A stretch of DNA of 64,000 nt, taken from positions 48,903 through 112,902 of the forward strand of contig CASFZN010000020.1 in the NCBI GenBank assembly GCA_949299195.1, written 5' to 3'. A model generated the notes under the pieces. The model was not told the origin of the DNA and made no database searches. It saw only the letters and a program-made list of their open reading frames with translations. Position 1 is the first letter of the stretch. Every line of letters starts with the position of its first letter. Source of the stretch: an uncultured bacterium. GTDB taxonomy: Bacteria; Bacillota_I; Bacilli_A; RFN20; CAG-826. The translations under genes were made by a program, and so were the position numbers. This document shows positions 18,651 to 28,444 of the stretch, piece by piece.

Positions 18651-19814
18651 ATGAACGTACATGAATTAGATGGATTTGAACCTGTAGCCCGAATTGTAGT
18701 TATTGGAGTTGGTGGAGCTGGAAATAACGCAATTAATAGAATGATCGATGAAGAAATTAGAAACGTTGAATTCTATGTTGCTAATACCGATAAACAAGCT
18801 TTATCTTTATCAAATGCTCCTAATAGAATCATTTTAGGCGAAGATGTTACTGGTGGACTTGGTGCAGGTGGTGATCCAGAAACCGGAAGAAATGCTGCTG
18901 AAGCTAGTGCTGAAGATATTAGAGAAATTGTTAGAGGTGCTAACATGGTCTTTATTGCAGCTGGAATGGGTGGAGGAACCGGTACTGGTGCTACTCCAGT
19001 TATTTCTAGAATCGCAAGAGAAGAAGGTGCTTTAACTGTTGCTATTGTTACTCGTCCATTTACTTTTGAAGGTAAAAAGAAGGTTGAATCTTCAATTCAA
19101 GGTTTAAATGATTTAAGAGCTGTTTGTGACTCTTTAATCGTTGTTAGTAATGATAAATTGTTATTAAGTAGCGGAAATCTTCCTATTGGAGAAGCTTTCT
19201 CCTTAGCAGATGGAGTTTTAACTCAATCAGTTAAAACTGTTACTGATTTAATTTTAATGCCTTCATTTATTAACTTAGATTTTGCTGATGTTAAAGCTAC
19301 TTTAAAAGATAGTGGCGTCGCTTTAATTGGATTTGGAAGTGGAAAAGGACCAAATAATGCAATTGATGCTGCTGATAGTGCACTTTCTTGTCCGTTAATT
19401 GAACAATCAATTGAAGGCGCAAGAAAAGCAATTTGTCATATTACCTGCGGTCCAAAAGTATCCTTACTTGATTGCCAAACCTGTGTAGATCATATGGTTT
19501 ATAGCTGTGGTGGTAATTTAGATTTAAAATTTGGAATTTCTGTTAATGACCAATTAGGTGATGAAATTTTAGTTTCAATTATTGCAGGTGATTTCAATAC
19601 TGAATTTGATTTCTCAGTTGCTCCTGGAACAAAACTTGATTTAACTGCATTAAGAGAAGAAAAGAGCCGTATGCAACAAGCATATTTTGAGAAAAATGTT
19701 GAACAATCTCGCTTAATGGAAGAAGAAATGCAATCAAGAATTGAAAAACAAAATTCCTTAAATAGTGAAGAAAATTCAATTATTCCAGATTTCTTAAAAG
19801 ATGATTTTGAATAA
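18651..19814 (+). CDS. ftsZ: Cell division protein FtsZ
   Basis: GVGGAGNNA, GMGGGTGTGA, INLDFADV and C-terminal IPDFL motifs. Confidence 0.98.
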   Translation: MNVHELDGFEPVARIVVIGVGGAGNNAINRMIDEEIRNVEFYVANTDKQALSLSNAPNRIILGEDVTGGLGAGGDPETGRNAAEASAEDIREIVRGANMVFIAAGMGGGTGTGATPVISRIAREEGALTVAIVTRPFTFEGKKKVESSIQGLNDLRAVCDSLIVVSNDKLLLSSGNLPIGEAFSLADGVLTQSVKTVTDLILMPSFINLDFADVKATLKDSGVALIGFGSGKGPNNAIDAADSALSCPLIEQSIEGARKAICHITCGPKVSLLDCQTCVDHMVYSCGGNLDLKFGISVNDQLGDEILVSIIAGDFNTEFDFSVAPGTKLDLTALREEKSRMQQAYFEKNVEQSRLMEEEMQSRIEKQNSLNSEENSIIPDFLKDDFE

Positions 19815-19893
19815 AATAAATTTAATACTATAATATTTTTAACCTCCTGCGTTTGGATTATTTTTAAAAAACTTAATTCCAAGCCTGACATAA

Positions 19894-19943
19894 AAGAAAA
19901 GATCCCTTTCTTAGTTATATTAACTAGATTGGGATCTTTTCTT
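19894..19943. terminator. Bidirectional terminator between ftsZ and the convergent membrane-protein gene
   Basis: AAGAAAAGATCCC / GGGATCTTTTCTT 13-bp stem with an inner TAGTTA/TAACTA stem. Confidence 0.7.
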
Positions 19944-20012
19944 ATTATTTAGAAGATTTTATGAACAACTACAAAACGTTTTTACCTTAATTGACTATAT
20001 TATAACTAGAAA

Positions 20013-20450
20013 CTATCTTAAATATGTAGTCTTTTTTACGGTTATTATAAAAGTAAGATAAGAAGTCATCTCAGTTATTAATAATAATCCAATAGTTAAA
20101 AATAAAAGACCTAACTTATTATCAAGTAATATAAATTGTTCAATTATTCCAATAATTAAAGAAGCAATACCTAAAATAAGTAAAATAATTACTACTATAA
20201 AGGCAAATCTATTGATAGACCCATCTCTTTCGAATGCTAAATCATAAAGCATTGAATTATTCTTTTTTAAGGTAATAAAAGAAACAATAGAAGTTAATAA
20301 ATTAAGTAAAAATGAAACTAAGATAGCTATTAAAACAATTAAGCTATCGGTTTCAATTTTACTTAAATTTAAATACATAAAATAAATATAAAATGGGATA
20401 GGAATAAGATTGATAATTGCACTTATTATCCTAAAAGGTTTAAGGTTCAT
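20013..20450 (-). CDS. Hypothetical 4-TM membrane protein
   Basis: Four hydrophobic segments; no family recognised; resembles 32622..33083. Confidence 0.7.
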   Translation of the reverse strand: MNLKPFRIISAIINLIPIPFYIYFMYLNLSKIETDSLIVLIAILVSFLLNLLTSIVSFITLKKNNSMLYDLAFERDGSINRFAFIVVIILLILGIASLIIGIIEQFILLDNKLGLLFLTIGLLLITEMTSYLTFIITVKKTTYLR

Positions 20451-20501
20451 GACTACTATTTTGTTTACTAGATAACTACTAAGTTTTTATTAAATTATCT
20501 A

Positions 20502-21824
20502 CTAATTCTCCGTTTTTTTAATTGTTTCTGCTTTAAATAAATAAAGTGGCTCTTTAACTTTAATAGATTTATTTTCAATAACATAAACCTTATTAGTTAA
20601 ATAATCAATATAGGCTCCATCTTCTAATTCTTCGGATTTAATAATTGAAGAAGTAAGAGAAGAAGAAAGGTTAAAGAGTCCATACATTTTACTACCATCT
20701 TTAAAGTTATTTCTAATAACTATGTTATTACCTTTACTAGGTAAAATAGAAGAAGTTAAAACATCTAAATTAAATTCTTCTTTTTTAAAGTTAATTACTT
20801 TTTTAACATAATTAAACCATTCTGTATCTATAGTATCATCCATTAAATCTTTAGTAAAAAGTGAAAGATTATGATCAGCCTTAGTTTCAAGTCCATTATA
20901 TATAAACATTGGACCTTTCATAAAGACTGGAAGTGCTAAAAGAGTATGTAATAATCTTTCATTTTTAGTATATTCAATTAAACGAGGTTGATCGTGATTT
21001 TCTAATCCTCTAATCCTTAGATTAGAGGATGGATTATAAGCTTCTTCGTATTCTAGTAATACCTTATAAATATCTAAATATGAAGAATCTTTCTTAATTA
21101 AATAATCTTTTAAATATTCAAAGTTATTATATGTATATAATAAATCAAATCCTAATTCATATAATTCAGCATCACTTAAAGCATTAAATCCTAAACTACG
21201 AGTATAGGTAGCAAAATTAGGGTGGATTGATTCGGCTAATAAAATAGTATCAGGATGATATTTATCTAACATTTCTTTTAACTTTATATAAAAAGAAGAA
21301 GGTATTAAACTAGCAACATCAAAACGATATCCATCAACTCCTAAATCGCTATAATATTTAATAACATCTACTAAATAATCTATTAATTCCGGATTAGAAT
21401 AATCTAAATCATAGACATCACTCCAATCTCCGACCTTATTAGCCATCTTTCCTTCATTATTTTTATACATCCATTCAGGATGATTTTTAACAATTTCACT
21501 ATCTCTAGATGTATGATTAAAAACGATATCAATCATTAATTTCATATTTTTAGAATGAGTTTCATTAATTAATTCTTTAAAGTCTTCTAAAGTACCTAAT
21601 TCACTATTAATTTCATAATAATTCTTAATTGAATATGGACATCCTAAATCTCCTTTTTTTCCATAACTTCCAATAGTGTTAATAGGTAATAGATAAACAA
21701 TATCTACTTTTAATTCATCTTTTAGATAATCTAATTTTTTAGTGACTGCTTTAAAAGTTCCTTCTTTAGAGAAGTTTCTCACATAAACTTGATAAATAAT
21801 CTTAGTTTTTAATTCGTTCTTCAT
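20502..21824 (-). CDS. Cytoplasmic GH13 alpha-amylase-family enzyme
   Basis: IYQVYVRNF, DIVFNHTS, DGYRFDVA (nucleophile), LLAES (acid/base) and LENHDQPR motifs; no signal peptide. Confidence 0.9.
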   Translation of the reverse strand: MKNELKTKIIYQVYVRNFSKEGTFKAVTKKLDYLKDELKVDIVYLLPINTIGSYGKKGDLGCPYSIKNYYEINSELGTLEDFKELINETHSKNMKLMIDIVFNHTSRDSEIVKNHPEWMYKNNEGKMANKVGDWSDVYDLDYSNPELIDYLVDVIKYYSDLGVDGYRFDVASLIPSSFYIKLKEMLDKYHPDTILLAESIHPNFATYTRSLGFNALSDAELYELGFDLLYTYNNFEYLKDYLIKKDSSYLDIYKVLLEYEEAYNPSSNLRIRGLENHDQPRLIEYTKNERLLHTLLALPVFMKGPMFIYNGLETKADHNLSLFTKDLMDDTIDTEWFNYVKKVINFKKEEFNLDVLTSSILPSKGNNIVIRNNFKDGSKMYGLFNLSSSLTSSIIKSEELEDGAYIDYLTNKVYVIENKSIKVKEPLYLFKAETIKKTEN

Positions 21825-21876
21825 ATGTAATAATTTTATACAAATTTATCAAATTTTCAATTATAATATTTATCTA

Positions 21877-23400
21877 ATGAAAGAGAGTGGAATCTTATTA
21901 CATATCACCTCATTACCTAGTAAATATGGAATTGGAACACTTGGCAAAGAGTGTATAAAATTCATCGATTATATCGCTGAATGTGGTTTTTCTTATTGGG
22001 AAATATTACCGCTTGAAGATACTGGTTTTCCAAATTCTCCATTTTTAATTAAAAGTCCTTTTGGACATAATTCTTTATTAATTGATTTTGAAGAGTTAAT
22101 TGAAGAAGGATTACTTTCTAGTCGAGATTTAACTGGAATTGATTTTGGGTCTAATCCTCGTCAGGTAGATTTTTCAAAATTATTTAATACTAAAGAAGCA
22201 ATATTAAAAAAAGCCTATAAACGATTTGATAAAGAGAATATTGAATTTATTAATTTTAAACAAAACAATAAACATCTATATAATTATTGTTTATATAAAA
22301 CTATTAAAGATCATAACTATCATAAAGCGTGGTTTGATTTTGCTCTTGAAGATAGGTATTATTCTAGCGAAGTCAAAGAACACTATGAAAGACATTATAG
22401 TGATGAAATAGATTTCCATCAGTTTTTAGAATTTATCTTTAAAAAGCAGTGGGATAAGATACATAATTACGCTAAAAGTAAAAACATTGAAATAGTAGGA
22501 GATTTACCTCACTTTTTAGGATATGATAGCGATGCTGTTTATTTTGAACCAGAACTCTTTATGGTTGATAAAAGAAATTTAATTACTTTTGTTGCGGGTT
22601 TCCCACCAGATAACTTTAAACCTCAAGGTCAAAAATGGGGATATCCATTATATGATTGGGATTATATGAAACTTAATAACTATAAATGGTGGAAAGAAAG
22701 AATAGGAGCCTCTTTTCAATATTACGATAGATTAAAACTTAATCATTTCCGTGGTTTTTTAGAAGTTTATGCGATTCCTTTTAGATCTAAATCTGCTAAA
22801 AGAGGAAAATATATTCAAGGGCCAGGATTAGAATTTATTGAAGAAATTAAAACAACAAGTGAAAACTTAATCGCAAGTGATATTGGAACCAGTAGTGAAA
22901 AGGTAAATTCTTTTGTTAAAAAAACCAATCTTCCTTCAATGAAGATTTTAATTCCTACTTTATTTGATAATGAAAAGGTTAAATGTATTCCTAGCGAAAT
23001 CGAAACAAATTGTTACTATTATTTAGGAAATCATAATAATACTCCAATAAAAACTAAACTCGAAGGATTAAATGAAGAAGAGAAAGAGAAGTTATTAATC
23101 TTTATAAAGGAAGAATGTCTAAAGTTAAATGTTCCTTATTTTGAAGATGATGTAATAACTCTTTATGATGTTTCTAAAAAGATTACTGAATTAATGTTTG
23201 CTTCTAATGCGGAACATTTAACTCTAACATTAATTGATCTTTTATATAAAGGAGATGAAGCTAGAATGAATCATCCAGGTACTATTGAAGGTAACTGGGA
23301 AGCTAGGTTTTTAGGGTTTGAATTTAGCGATTCTCTTAAAAATAGACTCGTTGATTTAAATACTAAATATAATCGTTTTAATAAAAGAAACATTAAGTAG
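21877..23400 (+). CDS. 4-alpha-glucanotransferase (GH77) paralogue, predicted catalytically inactive
   Basis: Full-length MalQ fold (ESGILLHITSLP, AGFPPDNF..GQKWGYPLYDW), but the catalytic motifs read LNHFRG, IASDIG and GNHNN. Confidence 0.85.
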   Translation: MKESGILLHITSLPSKYGIGTLGKECIKFIDYIAECGFSYWEILPLEDTGFPNSPFLIKSPFGHNSLLIDFEELIEEGLLSSRDLTGIDFGSNPRQVDFSKLFNTKEAILKKAYKRFDKENIEFINFKQNNKHLYNYCLYKTIKDHNYHKAWFDFALEDRYYSSEVKEHYERHYSDEIDFHQFLEFIFKKQWDKIHNYAKSKNIEIVGDLPHFLGYDSDAVYFEPELFMVDKRNLITFVAGFPPDNFKPQGQKWGYPLYDWDYMKLNNYKWWKERIGASFQYYDRLKLNHFRGFLEVYAIPFRSKSAKRGKYIQGPGLEFIEEIKTTSENLIASDIGTSSEKVNSFVKKTNLPSMKILIPTLFDNEKVKCIPSEIETNCYYYLGNHNNTPIKTKLEGLNEEEKEKLLIFIKEECLKLNVPYFEDDVITLYDVSKKITELMFASNAEHLTLTLIDLLYKGDEARMNHPGTIEGNWEARFLGFEFSDSLKNRLVDLNTKYNRFNKRNIK

Positions 23401-23478
23401 AAACATAAAAATTTTTAACTAATTCCAAATTAGGTAAAAATTTACTTAATTTAACCAAAATTGTTGTCAATAAAAAAT

Positions 23479-23502
23479 AAAGCCATAATTATGGCTTTTT
23501 TT
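23479..23502 (+). terminator. Terminator after the malQ-like gene
   Basis: AAAGCCAT-AATT-ATGGCTTT followed by a T run. Confidence 0.65.
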
Positions 23503-23645
23503 AAAACATTATGAAAAGTTAAAATAATACGACAACCACCGACATTATTTTAATTTGATGTAAAAATTGACCCAAATTTTTTAAAATTTTTTCAAATTTT
23601 TGCAGATTTCATTAATTTTAATGTATCTTCCTTACTTTTTTGTGT

Positions 23646-23687
23646 TTGACACACCAACTTTTCAATTTTATAATGAAAGCGCTTACA
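23646..23687 (+). promoter_or_regulatory. Consensus sigma-A promoter of malQ with an overlapping cre/LacI-family operator
   Basis: TTGACA (23646-23651), 17 nt, TATAAT (23669-23674); TGAAAGCGCTTACA (23674-23687) fits the cre consensus TGWNANCGNTNWCA. Confidence 0.85.
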
Positions 23688-23722
23688 TAAATTAAGCATT
23701 TATTTTATTTAGTGAGAAATTT

Positions 23723-25249
23723 ATGAAAATTAGAGAAAGTGGAATTTTATTACATATCTCATCATTACCAAGTAAATATGGTATTGGTACCTTAGGAAAA
23801 GAAGCTTATAAATTTGTTGATTTTTTAAGTCTTTGTAGATGTAGTGTATGGCAAATCTTACCTCTTAACGTAACAAGTTATGGAGATAGTCCATATCAAT
23901 CTCCATCTAATAATGGCTTAAACTATTACTTTATAGATTTAGAAACCTTAATTGAAAAGAAGTTACTTACTTTAGAAGAAGTAGAATCCATTAATTGGGG
24001 AGATGATGAAGGAAGAGTTGATTACTCCCTTATATATAAAAATAGATTAGGAATCTTAAAGAAAGCCTTTGAAAGATTCAATCGTAACGATGAATCTTTC
24101 AAAAAGTTTATTAAAGATTACCCAATCTATAAAGACTTCGCAGTATTTATGGTATTAAAAGAAATTAATAATTTAACTGCATGGTATACCTGGGAAGAAA
24201 AATACCGTAAATACTCTTTAGAGTTAGAAGAAAAAATTATTAAAGAACATAAAGACTTAGTCTTATTCTATATCTGGACTCAATATGAGTTTAGAAGTGA
24301 ATACGATAAACTTAAAAAGTATGCAAACGATAAAAACATTAAGATTATGGGAGATCTCCCAATCTATGTTGCATTTGATTCACTTGAAGTACGGAAATAT
24401 CCTTCACTTTTTGAACTCGATGAAGAACATTTCCCTAAAAGAGTAGCTGGCTGTCCTCCTGATTGTTTTTCAAAAGATGGTCAATTATGGGGTAATCCTT
24501 TATATAACTGGGCTTATCATAAAGCTACTAACTATAAATGGTGGAATGAAAGAATAAATTATGCCTTATCCTTATTTGATTATTTAAGAATTGATCACTT
24601 TAGAGGATTTAGTGGCTATTATGCAATTCCTTTTAAAGATAAAACTGCTAAAAACGGTACTTGGGTAAAGGGTCCTGGATTTGATTTATTTAAAGATAAG
24701 TTAGATTATCCAATCGTTGCTGAAGATTTAGGAATGATTGATGATGACTTTATTAAATTCTTTAACTCTTGTGGTTATCCAGGAATGAAGATTGTAACTC
24801 AAGCATTCGATGATCCTGATAAAGAAAATATCTGGAGACCATCAAATTATACTTATAATTTCTTCTCATATAGCGGAACTCATGACTCTCAAACTACAAA
24901 ACAATTTATTATAGAAGTATGGCAAGATCCTAAAAGAAAGAAATTATTCTTAACTATTTTAGAAGAAGAATGTAAACACTTTAGAATTCCATTTGTTAAA
25001 ACTTTAAGTGAAGATGATTTAACTTTAAAGATTTGTGAACTTAACTTTGCAAGTGGTTCTAAATGTGCAGTTGTTCCACTTCAAGATTTATTAAAGATTG
25101 GAGCAGAAGGAAGAATGAATTTCCCTTCAACATTATCAACATCTAACTGGTCATGGAGAGTTAAACCAAATTTAATTAAAAAAGAAAAAGAAACTCTTCA
25201 AGACTTACTTACTAGATGGAATGATAATTATGAAAGAGGAGATTATTAA
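23723..25249 (+). CDS. malQ: 4-alpha-glucanotransferase (amylomaltase, GH77); contains one in-frame CGG
   Basis: Intact catalytic triad LRIDHFRG, VAEDLG and GTHDS; GDSPYQSPS and GQLWGNPLY motifs. Confidence 0.95.
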   Translation: MKIRESGILLHISSLPSKYGIGTLGKEAYKFVDFLSLCRCSVWQILPLNVTSYGDSPYQSPSNNGLNYYFIDLETLIEKKLLTLEEVESINWGDDEGRVDYSLIYKNRLGILKKAFERFNRNDESFKKFIKDYPIYKDFAVFMVLKEINNLTAWYTWEEKYRKYSLELEEKIIKEHKDLVLFYIWTQYEFRSEYDKLKKYANDKNIKIMGDLPIYVAFDSLEVRKYPSLFELDEEHFPKRVAGCPPDCFSKDGQLWGNPLYNWAYHKATNYKWWNERINYALSLFDYLRIDHFRGFSGYYAIPFKDKTAKNGTWVKGPGFDLFKDKLDYPIVAEDLGMIDDDFIKFFNSCGYPGMKIVTQAFDDPDKENIWRPSNYTYNFFSYSGTHDSQTTKQFIIEVWQDPKRKKLFLTILEEECKHFRIPFVKTLSEDDLTLKICELNFASGSKCAVVPLQDLLKIGAEGRMNFPSTLSTSNWSWRVKPNLIKKEKETLQDLLTRWNDNYERGDY

Positions 25250-25428
25250 TTAATTTCTTAATTCCTATTTATTAATAGGTATTAAGAAATTGATAATAGA
25301 AAATTTCTTTTCTTTCTTATATATAATATAAAGATAGAAAAGAAATACATATTTAATTACTTTAGGTTATTAAACTCATTTTGAGTTAATAATATAAAAT
25401 TTTCTTAAAATAATTTAGGAGGAATAAA

Positions 25429-26877
25429 ATGAAAAAGAGGAAATTTTTAGCTTTATTAGCTTGCTGCTCGATAGCAGCTGGTACAATGACAGCCTTAAGT
25501 TCATGTAATGGAACTTTTGAAGGGATTTTGTTATGGGGACCAGCAGAACATGCTGAAGTATATACTCAACTTTGGCAACAATTTATCACTGAAAACCCAG
25601 AATATGCTGATATTGAATTCCAATACGGTAACAATGGTGATGCAGGCGCATATGACAATTTAGCTGTTGACCCACAATCTGGTGCTTCAATCTATACTTT
25701 TGCTAATGACCAATTAGCAAATATTAGAAGAATCGGTGCTATCGCTCCAGTTGCTGGTGAAAATGAAGAATGGATTTTAGCTAACCATTCACAATTCTCT
25801 TGTGATGCAGGTAAGATCGATAATACTTATTATGCATATCCAGTTTCTCAAGATAATGGTTTCGTTTTCTGTTATTCAAAAGATGCATTTAGAGATACAG
25901 CAGTTTGGGATGAAACAACTGACTCTATTAGAGCAGATTACACATTTAGAGACTTATTTGCAGCTTTAGATGAAAGAGGAACCCAAGCTGGTCATGAAAA
26001 ATGGGGTAACGGATTAGTTCTTTGGCCATGTGGTTCAGCATGGTATGAAGCTGGTGTCTTCTTTGCAACTGGCGGAGATTATAGTGTTGAATACGACAAA
26101 AGTGGCAACCAAGTTTCAGCAGAATGTTCATTCGGTTATACAGAAAGCGGCGGACAAAAAGATTACACAATCGGTTTAGAAGCTGCTCGTTGTATGGTTA
26201 ACTCTTATACAAATGAAGATGGTACAGTTTCAAGCCACTTTATGTATACTGATGATAATACTCCACCATATAATGATATCGTTTCTCAATATATTACAAA
26301 TGAAACACAACCTTTAGCTGGCATTATTTCTTGGAACAATGGTGATGCATTCTCCAATTGGGGTGATGATTATGATGCAACTATTTTACCAATGTTAGAA
26401 AGTGACACTGTCCAATTAGGTGGAACTGGTAAACAATATAGAATGAAGACATTCGGTGGTTGTAAATTAATGGGTGTTAATCCATATTCTGCATTCGCTA
26501 GAAAGAGTCCAGAAAATTTACAAATGTTACACGATTTAGCTAAATTCATGACTGGTTATGATGCTTCTATGGCTAGATTCGAATCTTCTGGATTAGCTCC
26601 ATCTAATTTAGAAGCTGCTCAAAATGAAGATGTTTTAGCTAGCCCATTCGTTGAAGCATTAAATGCTCAAATGGCTTTAACAGATGAAAATGGAAATGAA
26701 ATTGGCTACCGTGTCCAAGATTCAACTCCAACTAACTTCTGGGATCCAATTGCTGCTTTCGGATTAGGTTTATTCACAAATACTAATGATGGAACAGATA
26801 ATGGTTATGGAAGTGAAGATTCCATTCTTCCAACATTAGAAAACTTACAATCTGATATTGAATCAGCTACAGTATAA
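25429..26877 (+). CDS. Maltodextrin ABC transporter solute-binding lipoprotein
   Basis: AGGAGG RBS; lipobox LSSC; SBP family-1 features (IYTFANDQL, YAYPVSQDNG, FGGCKLMGVN); acidic; context of sugar permeases. Confidence 0.85.
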   Translation: MKKRKFLALLACCSIAAGTMTALSSCNGTFEGILLWGPAEHAEVYTQLWQQFITENPEYADIEFQYGNNGDAGAYDNLAVDPQSGASIYTFANDQLANIRRIGAIAPVAGENEEWILANHSQFSCDAGKIDNTYYAYPVSQDNGFVFCYSKDAFRDTAVWDETTDSIRADYTFRDLFAALDERGTQAGHEKWGNGLVLWPCGSAWYEAGVFFATGGDYSVEYDKSGNQVSAECSFGYTESGGQKDYTIGLEAARCMVNSYTNEDGTVSSHFMYTDDNTPPYNDIVSQYITNETQPLAGIISWNNGDAFSNWGDDYDATILPMLESDTVQLGGTGKQYRMKTFGGCKLMGVNPYSAFARKSPENLQMLHDLAKFMTGYDASMARFESSGLAPSNLEAAQNEDVLASPFVEALNAQMALTDENGNEIGYRVQDSTPTNFWDPIAAFGLGLFTNTNDGTDNGYGSEDSILPTLENLQSDIESATV

Positions 26878-26888
26878 AAATTAACTTT

Positions 26889-26923
26889 AAATCAAGGGGT
26901 TTGTTTTAATAACCCCTTGATTT
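26889..26923 (+). terminator. Intra-operon hairpin after the SBP gene (stabiliser or partial terminator)
   Basis: Perfect 13-bp stem AAATCAAGGGGTT / AACCCCTTGATTT with a weak U tail. Confidence 0.6.
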
Positions 26924-26944
26924 GCTTTATAGTGAGGATTTTTT

Positions 26945-28444
26945 ATGACAGATTTAAACTATTTGGGTTTATCTAAGCCTAGAAAATTAATGTATAGAAC
27001 AAAAAGAGGATTTAGAAATTCCGGAAAAGCTATAAAGAAATTTTTTAGATCGATTCCAACAAAAATTTCTGAAATATTTCATAAATTTATTAGTTCTTTC
27101 TCAGTCGTCGGTGATGCGATGTTATACGGTGATTGGAAAACAAAATTATCATTTATTATTTTCGGTTTCGGAAATATATCTCGCGGGCAACTTTTAAGAG
27201 GCTTCTTGTTCCTTGTTTATGAAATAGTTTTTATTTTATACATGGTTTTCTTCGGTGGAGGATACCTTGCTAAATTTGGCACTTTAGGAACGGTTACTAC
27301 AATCACTGACGAAAACGGTTTCGTTATTCCTGGTGATGATTCTTTCAATATTCTTCTTTATAGTGTTATGACCATTTTAGTCATTGGCTGTACATTATAT
27401 GTTTGGTTCCAATCAATAAAACAAGCTTATAGTGTTCAAGAAATGACTGAAATTAATAAAAAATTATCAAAAGGAAGAGATGATCTTATTAATTTGGGAA
27501 ATAGATATTATCATACTACCCTTTTAGCATTACCTATGTTTGGCCTAGTATGTTTTACTATTATTCCATTAATTTTCATGATCTTCGTCGCTTTTACAAA
27601 CTACAATACTCAACATTTACCACCTGAAAGATTATTCACATGGGTTGGGTTTGAAAACTTTGGAACTGTTTTAAATGGTGGCGGTATTGGTGGTGGCAAT
27701 TCTGCTAGATTTACTTACACCTTCTGGGCTTTATTAGGATGGACCTTACTTTGGGCAGTTCTCGCTACATTTACCAACTTTATTATTGGTATGGTAATTG
27801 CAGTTATCATTAATAAAAAAGGATTAAAATTAAAGAAATTCTGGAGAACAATCTTAGTTATCACTATCGCTGTTCCTCAATTCGTCTCTCTTTTATTAAT
27901 GAACAAAATGTTACAAGATAATGGTATTTACAATCAATTATTAATGGCAATGGGTTTAGAACCAATAGGCTTTTTAACCGATCCATTAATTGCAAAAATA
28001 ACAGTAGTTATTGTCAACCTTTGGATTGGTGTTCCATATACTGTTTTAAGTTCAACTGGTATTTTAATGAATATTCCTGATGATTTATATGAAGCAGCAA
28101 AAATCGATGGTGCTAATCCATATAGAATGTTCACATCTATTACTCTCCCTTATATGTTATTCGTTATGACTCCATCACTTATTACAACATTTGTTGGAAA
28201 TATTAATAACTTTAACATTATTTACTTATTAACAGGTGGTGGACCAAAACTTGATCCTAATATGATGTCAAGCGCTGGGCAAACTGACTTATTAATCACT
28301 TGGTTATATAATTTGACAGTTACTGAACAATCATATGATATGGCTTCTGTTATCGGTATTTTAATCTTTATTATTTGTGCTGTTTTCTCTCTTATTTTCT
28401 ATTCAAGAAGTAACAGCTTGAAAAATGAGGAGGACTTCCAATAA
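26945..28444 (+). CDS. Maltodextrin ABC permease, MalF/MalC-like
   Basis: EAA loop LYEAAKIDGANP; AFTNY, NLWIGVPY and NINNFNIIYLLTGGGP motifs. Confidence 0.9.
   Translation: MTDLNYLGLSKPRKLMYRTKRGFRNSGKAIKKFFRSIPTKISEIFHKFISSFSVVGDAMLYGDWKTKLSFIIFGFGNISRGQLLRGFLFLVYEIVFILYMVFFGGGYLAKFGTLGTVTTITDENGFVIPGDDSFNILLYSVMTILVIGCTLYVWFQSIKQAYSVQEMTEINKKLSKGRDDLINLGNRYYHTTLLALPMFGLVCFTIIPLIFMIFVAFTNYNTQHLPPERLFTWVGFENFGTVLNGGGIGGGNSARFTYTFWALLGWTLLWAVLATFTNFIIGMVIAVIINKKGLKLKKFWRTILVITIAVPQFVSLLLMNKMLQDNGIYNQLLMAMGLEPIGFLTDPLIAKITVVIVNLWIGVPYTVLSSTGILMNIPDDLYEAAKIDGANPYRMFTSITLPYMLFVMTPSLITTFVGNINNFNIIYLLTGGGPKLDPNMMSSAGQTDLLITWLYNLTVTEQSYDMASVIGILIFIICAVFSLIFYSRSNSLKNEEDFQ

Noticed and set aside
17965-19891. 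Short alternative-frame and antisense ORFs in the track (e.g. 17965..18222, 18844..19035, 19499..19891, 19594..19779, and similar ones inside glgB, glgP, malQ-like, ileS, uvrC, tig, lon and valS)
   Set aside because: They lie wholly or mostly within well-supported genes, lack RBS and motifs, and are typical shadow ORFs.
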